Part shown: piece after piece, positions 39,731 to 53,419 of the stretch
How positions within the stretch are numbered: the stretch's first letter is position 1
Layout: each line of letters begins with the position of its first letter
Source: Eledone cirrhosa
Lineage: Eukaryota
Assembly (NCBI GenBank): GCA_964016885.1
Contig: OZ024746.1
Location: 2,418,001-2,482,000 of the forward strand
Direction: 5' to 3'
DNA length: 64,000 bases
Position numbers and translations under genes: made by a program
The notes under the pieces: generated by a model
Database searches by the model: none
What the model was told of the DNA's origin: nothing
Seen by the model: the letters and a program-made list of their open reading frames with translations, nothing else

Positions 39731-42570
39731 CATCATCATCGTTTAACGTCCATCTTCCACGCTAGCATGGGTCTGGACAGGAATTGTCTCACTTGAGGCA
39801 AGATTGGTTGTCTTGCTCAGGACTGTCTGGCGGGTTTTCTACGGCTGGATGCCCTTCCTAACACCAACCACGTTTTCAGTGTGAACTAGGAGGTTTTTAC
39901 CGTGTTACCTACACAGCCACATTACAACGTGGACTGTGTGTTTTTTTTGTCGTGACACCTACACGACCTCATTTATTTAGGACTGGATGTTGTGGTACCA
40001 ACATAGCTTTACATCGAAAGGGGTGGTGTAGATGGCGGTGGGGGTAGGGGTAGTGGGACGGGGGTGTATTTTTGTTAGAGGTGCCTACTGACTGTAGGTT
40101 TCATTTTGTACTCAGGCAAGGCGGGTCTTCTGTATTAATACATGGCGCTAAAGATCTCGGTCAAGTGTGTGAGGTCGGATTTTATCAAGTCGTCCTAGGT
40201 TTTTCTGGGTCTGCCTACTCCGTAGCTACCGTCTATTTTGATCGGCCTGCACTTTTTTATACAGCTGTCGTCTTTCATGCGCATCACGTGACCATACCAA
40301 TGTAGTCTTCTCTCGAGTAAACAACATCTGATCCCTCTTATTCCTAATTTCTCACTTAGTTCATTTATGCTTTGCCGCTTGCATATTACACATCCAACGG
40401 TGCATGCAAGCTTTGTTCCTCTCCAGTCTGCATAGATCCTCTGCACACAAGGCCCATGTCTCACTGCCATGTAACATCACTGTTCATATGCAGGCATCAT
40501 ACAGCCTGCCTTTTATTTTTAGAGAGAAACCTTTAGCGGCTAATAGTGGTATAAGCTCTCTGAACTTTTTCCATCCCATTCGGACTCTAGCTACAGTACT
40601 TTTGGAGCACCCTCCACTACTGCTGATTTTGTCACCCAGGTAACGGAAGGTGTCCACTATTTTTATAGAACCATCTGGGCAATGGAATGATCTAGTATTC
40701 TGTGGGCATTTGCTGCTACTTATTGCACCAGAGCACCGGCCACATATAAAATCTATATTCTCAGTTAGCTTACCTGTGATCCCACTACATCTTTTATGCA
40801 CCCATATTTTGCATTTAGGATATAAAATGGAGTTTCTGCCTACCCCTTTCCTACAGACTGAGCATGGCCATTTCCCAGATGGGACCAGTGCCCTATTCTC
40901 CTTCCTACATATTAGGACTTTAGTATTAGACAAGTTAACTTTAAGGCCTTTTGATTCTAGGCCTTGCTTCCATGTTTGGAATTTCTTCTCTAGTTCAGCC
41001 ATTGATTCGGCTATGAGGGTTAGATCATCTGCGTATAGAAGTTCCCATGGGCAGCCGGTCTTGAACTCCTCCGTTATAGCTTGGAGGGCGATAATAAATA
41101 GGAGGGGGCTAAGGACTGAGCCCTGATGAACACCAACTTTTATGCTAAACTCTTCACTATATTCGTTGTTAATTCTAACCTTGCTGACTGTTTCTTTATA
41201 CATGGCTTGTATAGCTCTCAGACCTAGTTTTCTAAGAGCCCACCAGATAATGGAGCGGGGGACTCTGTCAAAGGCTTTCTCCAGGTCTACAAAAGCTAAG
41301 TAGAGGGGTTTACTTTTAGCTAGGTACTTCTCTTGTAATTGTCGTACAATGAAAAGAGCGTCTGTGGTACTTTTACCTGACACAAACCCGAACTGCCTTT
41401 CATCTAGATCAATTCGCTCTCTGATTAGTTGCGCTATTACTTTTTCTGTGACTTTCATGACCTGGTCAATTAATTTAATGCCTCTATAGTTTCCCCTATC
41501 TAGGGCATCTCCTTTACCCTTGTAGCAGTTAATGAGGATGCTGCTACGCCAGTCCTTATTCTGTATAACTTGGTTTACTATCCGGGTGACCATATTGTGT
41601 CCCACCGTTCCAGATGCTTTCAGCATTTCAGCAACTATTTCCGAAGGCCCAGCCGCCTTGCCCGTCTTTATATCTTTGATTGCCTTACTTATTATACTAC
41701 CTTCAGCTTGCACTGCTGGTCCCTCTATTGGATCGATGTGGGGGAGACTGTCTTTCTCCCATTTATTCTCCTAAATTTAGTAGCCTTTCGTAGTGACACT
41801 TCCAAGCTACTATCTTATCAGCGTCAGTGATAGCAAGTACCCCATTATCATTACGGACACGCTTCTCCCCGACAATATCACGGTTCTCCTTGACACATTG
41901 TCTAGCAATCCTGAACACCTCACGTTTTTGGTTCTCACATTGTAGAACATGCTTGAACTTTCTTTCCTCTGCTTCTCTTCTTGCGAAGTACACTTGTCTC
42001 CTAGCTTCCCTCCTGGCCACTTGATAGTCTTCTCTACTTCCACCACTAAGTTACTCTCCTCCTGCCTATAGGTCTGCTCCAGCCACAGATTTCATCTGTC
42101 GCCTTCAGCAGGTTAACTTTCAGGAATTCCCACTGTTCCTCTATATTGTACGACTCTAATTGCTCTTCCTTACTGTCAAAAGCATCAAGTAATATGCTTT
42201 TAAATTTATTACTGGCTGTGGGGCCCTTTAACTTCCATATTTTTCTCCTAAGGATAGTCCTCCTCTGTTGTCGAGTACGTCTTGTCCTGACTATGAGGTC
42301 GCTATCTATGAGGCTATGTTGGGCGGTGCATTCTTCATGGGGGAGGGATTTAGTGTTTACAACAGACACTCTGTCTTGCCTTCTGGTAAGGATATAATCT
42401 ATCTGACTGGCGTGTTCCCCTGATCTATAGGTGATCAAGTGATTGTCTCGTTTTTTGAAGTTTGTGTCACAGATAGTTAGATTATTTGCGTCACAAAATT
42501 CCAGGATTCTGGAGCCTTCCTCATTTCTAGTACCAAACCCATAGCCTCCATGGATTCCATCATAGCCGTC
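39729..42570 (-). mobile_element. RTE LINE (endonuclease part, RT, PHD finger), decayed
   Basis: ORFs 42046-42438 and 40484-41713 with QIDYIL, DLEKAFD, QGSVLSP, YADD; (gat)n tail at 39729. Confidence 0.94.
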
Positions 42571-43354
42571 GTGTGTGAGTGTGTGTGTGTGTATATGTGT
42601 GTATATGTGACTATGTAAATGGGTATTATGTTAAGTGCATGTCTAAATCAAATACAAAATGGATGTTTTCTCAAAGTGACCAATGGAAAAGATATAAAAT
42701 AATTATAGCTTGGAACTAAAAGGTAGAAGTATCTTACAAAAGACAGCAATTCTTATGTGTCAAGTGAAGTGGCAGTGAAGTATTTAAAAATTAATGGGAA
42801 AACTGATGTGTCACCTACCAGTTCCACTGTAGAATATATGAAGGTAGGAACAGATTTATTATATACTACTCACATATACACACATTCATACATACATACA
42901 TTGCTAGCAGGGAAAGCCAACATTAAAACATACATACATACATATATACATTCATACATAGATACATACATATATACATACACACATAAGATAAATCAAC
43001 AAGGAACAGTACAATGATATAACAATAGAGTTGGAAACTAGTCTCAATGTTTATGTCAGTAGGACCTGATCAGAAAATAGAAAGAGAGAGAAGAGATTAT
43101 GTTTGGGAAAGAAGGAAAAAGATAATAGACATATATACGAGATGGTCACCTGACCCAACTTGCCTCAAATGGGACAAACCCATCTAAGCTATGCTAGTAT
43201 GGAAGATAGACATTAAATGATGATGATTATATATATATATGTGGTTCGCATTAGGAAGGGCATCCAGCCATAGAAAACAAGCCCAAATCAGTTCTTTATG
43301 AACAAAACACACTGTGACTGGCAAACACAAGTTATCATCATCATCATATTCCAG

Positions 43355-45741
43355 TATCATTTCTGTCACCCTACTGTCATAACATTTTATCAAGGTCTCT
43401 TCTATTTCTGTCACCCCACTGTCATAACATTTTATCAAGGTCTCTTCTATTTCTGTCACCCCACTGTTGTAACATTTTATCAAGGTCTCTTCTATTTCTG
43501 TCACCCCACTGTTGTAACATTTCATCAAGGTCTCTTCTATTTCTGTCACCCCACTGTTGTAACATTTTATCAAGGTCTCTTCTATTTCTGTCACCCCACT
43601 GTTGTAACATTTTATCAAGGTCTCTTCTATTTCTGTCACCCCACTGTCATAACATTTTATCAAGGTCTCTTCTATTTCTGTCACCCCACTGTTGTAACAT
43701 TTTATCAAGGTCTCTTCTATTTCTGTCACCCCACTGTCGTAACATTTTATCAAGGTCTCTTCTATTTCTGTCACCCCACTGTCATAACATTTTATCAAGG
43801 TCTCTTCTATTTCTGTCACCCCACTGTCGTAACATTTTATCAAGGTCTCTTCTATTTCTGTCACCCCACTGTCGTAACATTTTATCAAGGTCTCTTCTAT
43901 TTCTGTCACCCCACTGTCGTAACATTTTATCAAGGTCTCTTCTATTTCTGTCACCCCACTGTCGTAACATTTTATCAAGGTCTCTTCTATTTCTGTCACC
44001 CCACTGTTGTAACATTTTATCAAGGTCTCTTCTATTTCTGTCACCCCACTGTCGTAACATTTTATCAAGGTCTCTTCTATTTCTGTCACCCCACTGTTGT
44101 AACATTTTATCAAGGTCTCTTCTATTTCTGTCACCCCACTGTTGTAACATTTTATCAAGGTCTCTTCTATTTCTGTCACCCCACTGTCGTAGCATTTTAT
44201 CAAGGTCTCTTCTATTTCTGTCACCCTACTGTTGTAACATTTTATCAAGGTCTCTTCTATTTCTGTCACCCCACTGTCATAGCATTTTATCAAGGTCTCT
44301 TCTATTTCTGTCACCCCACTGTCGTAGCACTTTATCAAGGTCTCTTCTATTTCTGTCACCCCACTGTTGTAACATTTTATCAAGGTCTCTTCTATTTCTG
44401 TCACCCCACTGTCGTAACATTTTATCAAGGTCTCTTCTATTTCTGTCACCCCACTGTCGTAGCATTTTATCAAGGTCTCTTCTATTTCTGTCACCCCACT
44501 GTCGTAACATTTTATCAAGGTCTCTTCTATTTCTGTCACCCCACTGTCGTAGCATTTTATCAAGGTCTCTTCTATTTCTGTCACCCCACTGTCGTAGCAT
44601 TTTATCAAGGTCTCTTCTATTTCTGTCACCCCACTGTTGTAACATTTTATCAAGGTCTTTTCTATTTCTGTCACCCCACTGTCATAACATTTTATCAAGG
44701 TCTCTTCTATTTCTGTCACCCCACTGTCGTAGCATTTTATCAAGGTCTCTTCTATTTCTGTCACCCCACTGTCGTAGCATTTTATCAAGGTCTCTTCTAT
44801 TTCTGTCACCCCACTGTTGTAACATTTTATCAAGGTCTTTTCTATTTCTGTCACCCCACTGTCATAACATTTTATCAAGGTCTCTTCTATTTCTGTCACC
44901 CCACTGTCGTAGCATTTTATCAAGGTCTCTTCTATTTCTGTCACCCCACTGTCGTAGCATTTTATCAAGGTCTCTTCTATTTCTGTCACCCCACTGTTGT
45001 AACATTTTATCAAGGTCTTTTCTATTTCTGTCACCCCACTGTCATAACATTTTATCAAGGTCTCTTCTATTTCTGTCACCCCACTGTCGTAGCATTTTAT
45101 CAAGGTCTCTTCTATTTCTGTCACCCCACTGTCGTAGCATTTTATCAAGGTCTCTTCTATTTCTGTCACCCCACTGTTGTAACATTTTATCAAGGTCTTT
45201 TCTATTTCTGTCACCCCACTGTCATAACATTTTATCAAGGTCTCTTCTATTTCTGTCACCCCACTGTCGTAGCATTTTATCAAGGTCTCTTCTATTTCTG
45301 TCACCCCACTGTCGTAGCATTTTATCAAGGTCTCTTCTATTTCTGTCACCCCACTGTCGTAGCATTTTATCAAGGTCTCTTCTATTTCTGTCACCCCACT
45401 GTTGTAACATTTTATCAAGGTCTCTTCTATTTCTGTCACCCCACTGTTGTAACATTTTATCAAGGTCTCTTCTATTTCTGTCACCCCACTGTCATAACAT
45501 TTTATCAAGGTCTCTTCTATTTCTGTCACCCCACTGTCATAACATTTTATCAAGGTCTCTTCTATTTCTGTCACCCCACTGTCATAACATTTTATCAAGG
45601 TCTCTTCTATTTCTGTCACCCCACTGTCATAACATTTTATCAAGGTCTCTTCTATTTCTGTCACCCCACTGTCGTAACATTTTATCAAGGTTTCTTCTAT
45701 TTCTGTCACCCCACTGTCATAACATTTTATCAAGGTCTCTA
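43355..45741. repeat. 45-bp minisatellite, ~53 copies
   Basis: Unit tctcttctatttctgtcaccccactgtcgtaacattttatcaagg. Confidence 0.97.
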
Positions 45742-46370
45742 CTACCACCACCAACACTACTCCCACCACTACCACCTCAACCACAACTACTACTACTCCC
45801 ATCACAACCTCAACCACCACCAGCACCAGCAGAACTAACCCCCACCACCAGCAGAACTACCACCACCACCACCACTACCACCACCACCACCACCACCAGA
45901 ACTACCACCAGCAGAACTACCACCACCACCACTACCACCACCAGAACTACCACCACCACCACCACCACCACCACTACCACCACCAGCAGAACTAACCCCC
46001 ACCACCAGCAGAACTACCACCACCACCACCACTACCACCACCACCACCACCACCAGAACTACCACCAGCAGAACTACCACCACCACCACTACCACCACCA
46101 GAACTACCACCACCACCACCACCACCACCACTACCACCACCAGCAGAACTAACCCCCACCACCAGCAGAACTACCACCACCACCACCACTACCACCACCA
46201 CCACCACCACCAGAACTACCACCAGCAGAACTACCACCACCACCACTACCACCACCAGAACTACCACCACCACCACCACCACCACCACTACCACCACCAG
46301 CAGAACTAACCCCCACCACCAGCAGAACTACCACCACCACCACCAGCAGAACTAACCCCCACCACCACCA
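45742..46370. repeat. (CAC)-rich tract with 157-bp higher-order triplication
   Basis: cagcagaactaacccccacc recurs every 157 bp. Confidence 0.88.
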
Positions 46371-46946
46371 TACCAACCATCACCCAAGATAATTCACAAC
46401 TTCAATGTTATCATTATTCTAAATCCATACGAAACAAACAACAACAACAACAACAACAGGATCAGAAGTGGTGGTGTTGGTGGTGGGGGATTACATATCA
46501 AAAATATTTATCATGGATGTATGAGAAAAGTATTTTATCAATCCCAATTTCTGCTCATAAAGTATTAAATTTGTCTCTGGAGACTGCACACAGCTATTCT
46601 TAAATCCCTATTTCCAGCTTCTGACAGAATTTTACACAAGAGAGACAGATAGACAGATGTTCAAAAATGGCAAAACATTATTTATTTATGCTTTTTCAAT
46701 AGTTTGACTGTGTTCTTCTTATTGGAAATTACATTCAGTCCAGAAATATACATTGTTTCTATTGGTTGTTATGGAAAGTATTAAGATACAAACTTTAACT
46801 TTATAGAACATAACTAGAGTGCCACTTGGTGGTTGCAGTAAAAGTATGGTTTCTGATAATAGCATATCTTGTAGTTATTGTTGCTAATCAAAAGCCTTCC
46901 AGCCATGACCATCCTGTCATGTTTTCCGAGGGATCATATCATTCGA

Positions 46947-48041
46947 CTAGCCGAATTACCTGCGCCTTGCTGCGTTTCACACATTTTTTTTTGTAAGAAA
47001 ATGATGATTGATTTTAAGTCAGTGATATAATTTATGGAGAAAAAATAAAGGGAAAATGTTAAAAAAGTAGAGGCATTAACTAATAATTTTTGTCGTCATA
47101 ATTCTAGTGATGTTTTGCCATAGATAAAATATCTAAATTAGCCAAATTTTACTATAAAAGAGAGGTGCTTTTTTTTGTTGATTTACGTTTAATTAATAGA
47201 AAAAACCCATGATAATAGAGGTTCCAATACTCAAGTTATGGGCTTCCAAAATTTTCACTATAGGGGATTTAACCCCCATTAGGGTGTCTTAATATTATTA
47301 AAATTTGCTGAAATTTTGTGAATAGGCATCACATTTTGTCATTTACCTATAGTTTAAATTTCATATAAATCAAAGGGAAAATATTTTCAGTGGGGATTTG
47401 TGCCCCCGGGGAACCCTTTGATTAAACTGAAATATACTAGAAGTTGATGGAAACCGCGGAGTGGGGAGACCCAAGATGACCTGGGATGAGGTGATAAAAG
47501 CCGACTATACCCAATTACACCTCTCAAAGGCAATGACACACGACCGTGACCTCTGGCGTCACACAGTAATACAGAGTACCCGACCTCCCATGGGTACATG
47601 CTGAAGCATATAGACAATATGCCCCCACACTCCCCACCACAAGGTGGTCGTGGAGGTGCCACGGCAAAAAAGCACCCAGCCCACACTGTAAAGTGGATGT
47701 GTAGGCGCCACGAAAAAGCACCCAGCACTCACTGTAAATGAGGTTGGTGTTAGGAAGGGCATCCAGCTGTAGAAATCAAGCCAAATCAGTTCCTGTATGA
47801 GCAAAGCATGGTCAGCCGACCAGACACTGCCCACAACAGGACAACCCGTCTAACCCATGCTAGCGTGGAAGAACGGACGTAAAACGGTGATGATGAGGAT
47901 GATGATGATACTTATCCAAGTACCCTGGGCAATATAGTTTCAGAATATATATAGTTGGGGGTCTATCTCCAAAACCATAGGAGGAGTTCATGAACATACA
48001 AACAAACAGACAGACAGGAACTACAACTTTATATATATAGA
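46947..48041 (-). mobile_element. Non-autonomous Helitron
   Basis: Minus strand starts A|TCTATATATATAAAG with (gtct)n nearby and ends GC-rich segment + CTAG|T; splits an older repeat. Confidence 0.65.
47437..47909 (+). mobile_element. RTE 3' fragment nested in the Helitron
   Basis: Matches 26427-26840; (gat)n tail. Confidence 0.85.
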
Positions 48042-49144
48042 TATGTTCTTTTCTAAGATGGTAGAAAAAGGATTTGAAAGAAATTTGGCTGCTATTTCTA
48101 GGACAGTGAGCAATCCTATAGAAGCTCCAACTTTAGCTTACATATACTAAGTGGTCATATTTACAGTGGGGGTAGTAGTAGAAGTAGTAGCAGTGAGTAG
48201 GACAAACATTATTTCAGTCCAAAATCTATTGCCTGGTTTAACATCCCCTTGTCATTAAGGGCTTTTAATGGTGGTGTTCACACTGTTGTAAGTATGTGGA
48301 CTAGGTCTCTGATCTAAGGACAGATAAGTTATATTTTCATAAATTTCTTCCAAGTGTATTAAGCCACAAGTCACAGTTTCTACTTCTCTTTCCTCCCCCA
48401 GACTTAGAGATCCTACAAAAGATCTGATGGAACAGTGTTTTACTTTTATATAATTGTTATCATTTAGCACCAGGCTAATCCCTGTTCAAACAGACTTATG
48501 ATTAAATACATTCCAGCCATGACCATCCCATCTTTTGAGGGGTTTGTAGGTTAATGTTATCCATTATGTAGATTATGTAAATGGTAGGGTGTGATTTGAG
48601 GCATATTTTGCTATTATTTCAAGTTGATGATATGGACTCTGTTGTAGTGAAGGCAACCCATCTAGGAGAGCAGTGATTCTAAAATCACTGTTTAATGATT
48701 TACCAGTTTTCCCTTTAAAACACTGCTAGATGATTGTAAAACCAAGTGATATTGTTCCCTTTCAAAAATGTCACTGGTAGCAATCAATTTGAGGAATTTG
48801 ACCTTCCACAGAGGGACTTTCTTGACAAACAGATAACCTTACAGCTTAATTGCACTTTGACTGCATACCAATAGGCAAAACTCCAGCAGTCAGGACTTTA
48901 AAGAAAGATTAGGTATATTTTTGTCTATTTGCTCTTCACACTTGTAATTATATATATATATTTCTATGCTGCTCTTTGACATCTTTGGTAGCACTTTTAT
49001 TGATAATCTAAGTCCCAGGATACAATGTATTTCAGAAAGCAAAGATTTAAACTAACAAGGCCAGTGGAATATAAGACACAAACTTAGAATAATAAAAGAT
49101 TTAATGAGATTAAAAAGTAAATAAAAGGATTATACACAACTTAC

Positions 49145-49264
49145 CTATACACTGTTTAGTATTGCTAAGTTTATAACCTGGTCTACATTCACAATAGTAG
49201 CTTCCTGCTGTGTTTTTACAAATATGTTGGCAGCCACCATTTGCTTGAGAACATTCATTGATAT
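49145..49264 (-). CDS. cbEGF exon I
   Basis: tctag|120 bp|gtaagt; (D)[39 protein letters not shown]. Confidence 0.9.
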   Translation of the reverse strand: MSMNVLKQMVAANIFVKTQQEATIVNVDQVINLAILNSV

Positions 49265-49297
49265 CTAGAGAGAATAATAAGGCTCTGTATATAAAAT

Positions 49298-49482
49298 ATT
49301 GTTTTTACTTTAGGCACAAGGTCAGCAATTAACCAGTGCATTACTGGTACTTTATTTTATCGACCCGTAAGGATGAAAGGCAAAGTCAACCTCGGCGGGA
49401 TTTGAACTCAGATCGTAAAGGGACGTAACTTTGCTTGGAAAGCATGGCGTCCGACCCTCCACTGATACTGCCAATCCACCGC
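49298..49482 (-). mobile_element. SINE family 1 inserted just upstream of the exon I acceptor
   Basis: TSD tctgtatataaaatattgt; absent in the paralogous exon J intron. Confidence 0.88.
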
Positions 49483-50489
49483 AATTATATATAAAATATA
49501 TCTGTATATAAAATATTGTACTGTTATATGTATGTTTGTCTATGTGTGTGTGTGAGTGTGTGCACCCACTCACATATATATATATATGTATATACATATA
49601 CATATATACATATATAGATATATACATATATAGATGTGTTTAACTAATATATATTATCATATTACTATATTGTTCTCCAGAGTTGTTTTTCCTTGTTGAC
49701 TTTTCACACACACACACACATGTAAATGAGGTTGGTGTTAGGAAGGGCATCCAGCTATAGAAACCAAGCCAAAATCGGTTCTGTATGAGCAAGACATGGT
49801 CACCTGACCTGGCATTGCTCACAACAGGATAACTCATCTAACCCATCCCAGCATGAAAACATGGATGCAAAACGATGATGATGATGTATATATATATATA
49901 AATTAAGTATCGTCTTCCTGCTTTCCTTTGGTTGCAACGTTTTTTGAAATATTTATTTCTGCGTCCACAGATTGATTTTTTTTTTAGTTTCAGAAGATCC
50001 CGTTAAAGGTGAAAGCAGCGATTCTTTGCTTAAACTTTAATCTGTTATTTTAATAAATATTTGCTCTACGGTTTTATATATATTTATATATATATATTAT
50101 CTTTATTGAGCCCTCTTTGGATTTTAGTCTTCACACTTATTATTATCCATTGCTTCTGCTATAATGTACAACAGTAAGTGAATTTATACTTCTGTTTTTC
50201 TATGAAAAGAATCAGTATGTTATCAATTTGGTTTAATATATTTTTAATGAACAACCAACTAAATTAATAGAACAGTATTAATTTTGATTTTCGATGCTAT
50301 CATTATGGAACAGAATTTTATTCTTCACAGATGAACACAGTCAACAAACAATATTTTCCCATTGGTTATAGACATTTGCAAATTAAAAGATATCACATTT
50401 CATTTGAAAATTTACATTTTTAGATTTCAAATTTGTATTTTTGAACAAATCTATGACTTTCTGACTTGAATGTCAAGGGTGTGTATATA

Positions 50490-50926
50490 CTCTGGAGTCT
50501 TGAATAATTGTTCCCCTCCACCTACGTATTAATTTTTCAGATCAGCCCCCCGCTCCACTCTTATCCCCCACCCATGCTTATTAAATTTTGCTAATCTATC
50601 TCTGGCAAAATTTTATTTTAAGTAGTAGCATTACTGCATTAATTAATTTTCTTTATATATTAAAAAACCTTATACAAGACAAAAGAAGTACATAACTAGA
50701 AATCCCATGTTATGAAATAAATAGGATGTGCAGTGTCTCAATCATCATCATCATCTTCGTTTAACATCCAACTTCCACACTAGCATGGATGTAAACTAAA
50801 TGACTAATTCTGGTTTTTAAAAAAATCAATGGAGATAACCTAGAAAAATTACTGATGCCCCCCTCCCCACTTATTCCAACTTCCCTGCTTATTTACCCCC
50901 CCCCCCCATTATTTGGGACTTGAGAG
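50490..50926. mobile_element. Possible old TA-flanked TIR element
   Basis: ta|ctctggagtcttgaataa versus reverse complement ta|ctctcaagtcccaaataa (13/18). Confidence 0.4.
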
Positions 50927-50959
50927 TAGATTGTGAATAAACTTGAATATCTTTGCCAT

Positions 50960-51140
50960 TGGATTGGCAGTATCAGTAGAGGGTCGGACGCCATGCCTTG
51001 CAACATAGAGTTACGGCCCTTTATGGTCTGAGTTCAAATTCCGCCGAGGTTAACTTTGCCTTTCGTCCTTACGGGGGTTGATAAAATAAAGTACCAGTTA
51101 TACACTGGGATAATTGCTGGCCTTGTGCTGGCCAGTAGAG
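50960..51140 (+). mobile_element. SINE family 1 copy
   Basis: A/B box and core. Confidence 0.82.
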
Positions 51141-52038
51141 ACAATTAATATATTTCTTTATAGTTAAATCATTGTTTGTGGGCAACTTTGTAGGATATAT
51201 GATAAAGATAATTAAACAGTGACCTTTCAAATAACATGATATTGCAGTGGGAGAGGATTTAATGTTCTTATGGTAAGCATGTGTTTTGGAAAAATGAAGG
51301 TTTATTAATTTCAAAAGTCTTTTGGTTATACTGTTGCATATATTTCGTTTTAAAAGGGTTGTACCTTAGTACCTTATATTATCTTTTAATTAGATGTCTA
51401 TTGTAGGTCTGGTTATTTCTTCTGAGGTGTCAGGAGATACCAGTGAGGTTGCCTGATTGTTTCAGTACCAGGCCAAGAGGGAGCCTTATACTCTCAGTCA
51501 CTTCATGCCATCAAACTGAGATAAGCACCAGTCTGATGAGCATCTTGGATTGAGACAGACTTTAGAATATTTAGTAACTGCTTCACTGCTCACTAAATTC
51601 TCATTGTGATTGATATATAGAATGAATCACTTTAAACTCTAACATGATATAGTAGTTATATCCAATGCCATCCTATCACCTCCATAGATAAAACTTTCAC
51701 TCTTGCTATTTTCATTAAACATCAATATATAGTTATAATATTAGAATCACCAATCAAGACAAGAAACAAAAAAAGACCAAGCCGCCCCTTCCCCAAAGAA
51801 AATAGAGTACAAAAGATATATTTCCTATAATAGAAAAATTAAAGTAAATAGCAAGTAAATTGCTATTCTTTGACATCTTTGGTAGCACTTTTATTGATAA
51901 TCTAAGTCCCAGGATACAATGTATTTCAGAAAGCAAAGATCTAAACTAACAAGGCCAGTGGAATATAAGACACAAACTTAGAATAATAAAAGATTTAATG
52001 AGATTAAAAAGTAAATAAAAGGATTATACACAACTTAC

Positions 52039-52158
52039 CTATACACTGTTTAGTATTGCTAAGTTTATAACCTGGTCTACATTCACAATAGTAGCTTCCT
52101 ACTGTGTTTTTACAAATATGTTGGCAGCCACCATTTGCTTGAGAACATTCATTGATAT
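52039..52158 (-). CDS. cbEGF exon J
   Basis: 120 bp; differs from exon I by one base (Ala/Val). Confidence 0.9.
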
Positions 52159-52200
52159 CTAGAGAGAATAATAAGGCTCTGTATATAAAATATTGTACTG

Positions 52201-52244
<44 letters not shown>

Positions 52245-52432
52245 ATGTGCGTGTGCGTGCACGCGCACGTGTGTGTGTGCATGTATGTATGTATGTTCTT
52301 CTGGTTTTATAATATTATACATTTTTACCAATAAATAGAGAGTCGCTTTCTAACAAACAAGACTCTTTCATAGGAATTTATATAGCATCAACTAGGTAGA
52401 TATGTTTGCATCCATTGATGTATGTATGTATG

Positions 52433-52463
<31 letters not shown>

Positions 52464-53419
52464 GGTCACCAGTTGGTGCTACTGGTAACATGTATCCCAG
52501 TACAACCTGTCCCATGGTCGGGTCGTTGGCGACTAAACTGGCAACCCCACCAAGGTTTCTTGGTGAGGAGGGTGACTTTGGACATCCTACAGGACTAAAA
52601 ACAAAACCTGTCAAAGGGCAAAGGAGCTCTTAAGAGTCAATGGCCATCCAAAATCACCGGGAGAGATGACCCCCTTAGCCTTTGTCAAGGCAGAATTCTA
52701 GGAGAAGGAAAACTCTGATATAACACCTGCAACCCTGATGGTATCCAATGATGTTGACTTGTTCTTCTTTTTGGTAAATATCATTTGGTTAAGAGAGTGG
52801 GACTGGCTTTGTGCAGTGCCTTTGCTCACTATAAAAGCTTCACGGCACAGGCATTGCTTTATATCTGGAGATCTCTCTGCATTTGTCCTCACATGGTACC
52901 ATGGGCCCAGCACTATGTGTCAATAATTGTCACAAGTGTAGTGTTTGTACCAGAGTTTTCAAGTCGCTGGCTGAACTAAAAAGTCACATTCGTTCAGCGC
53001 ATCGGTAGGGGTTCTCCTACATGGATATAAAGTAGTGGCCGTACTCGAAAACGAGTTGGCAGCCTGTATGTATATATATATGTTTATATCGGAGTTATCC
53101 CAGTTTCCTGAGTTGTCTTCTAGAAGAATGCCCTGACAAAGGCTCAGTAGTTACCGATGATGTTGATCTTTTCTTCTTTTCGGGTTATAGCTACTGTCGC
53201 TCAGAGAGTGGGATTGGCTCAGTGCACAGTCTTTCCTCACTTTAAAAAGAATTTTCACACACAGGCATTGCACGATAGAATTAATTAATAATTATTAATA
53301 ATGTTATATCGTGCAATGGCCATACTCGATAACGAGGGGGCAGCCATCATGTATGTATGTATGTATGTATGTATGTATGTATGTATGTATGTATGTATGT
53401 ATGTATGTATGTATGTATG

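Noticed and set aside
43184-45838. 880-aa and 846-aa ORFs on opposite strands
   Set aside because: They arise from a stop-free 45-bp unit; they start or end in CAC microsatellite, lack credible splice or start context, and variants are not clearly biased to silent sites.
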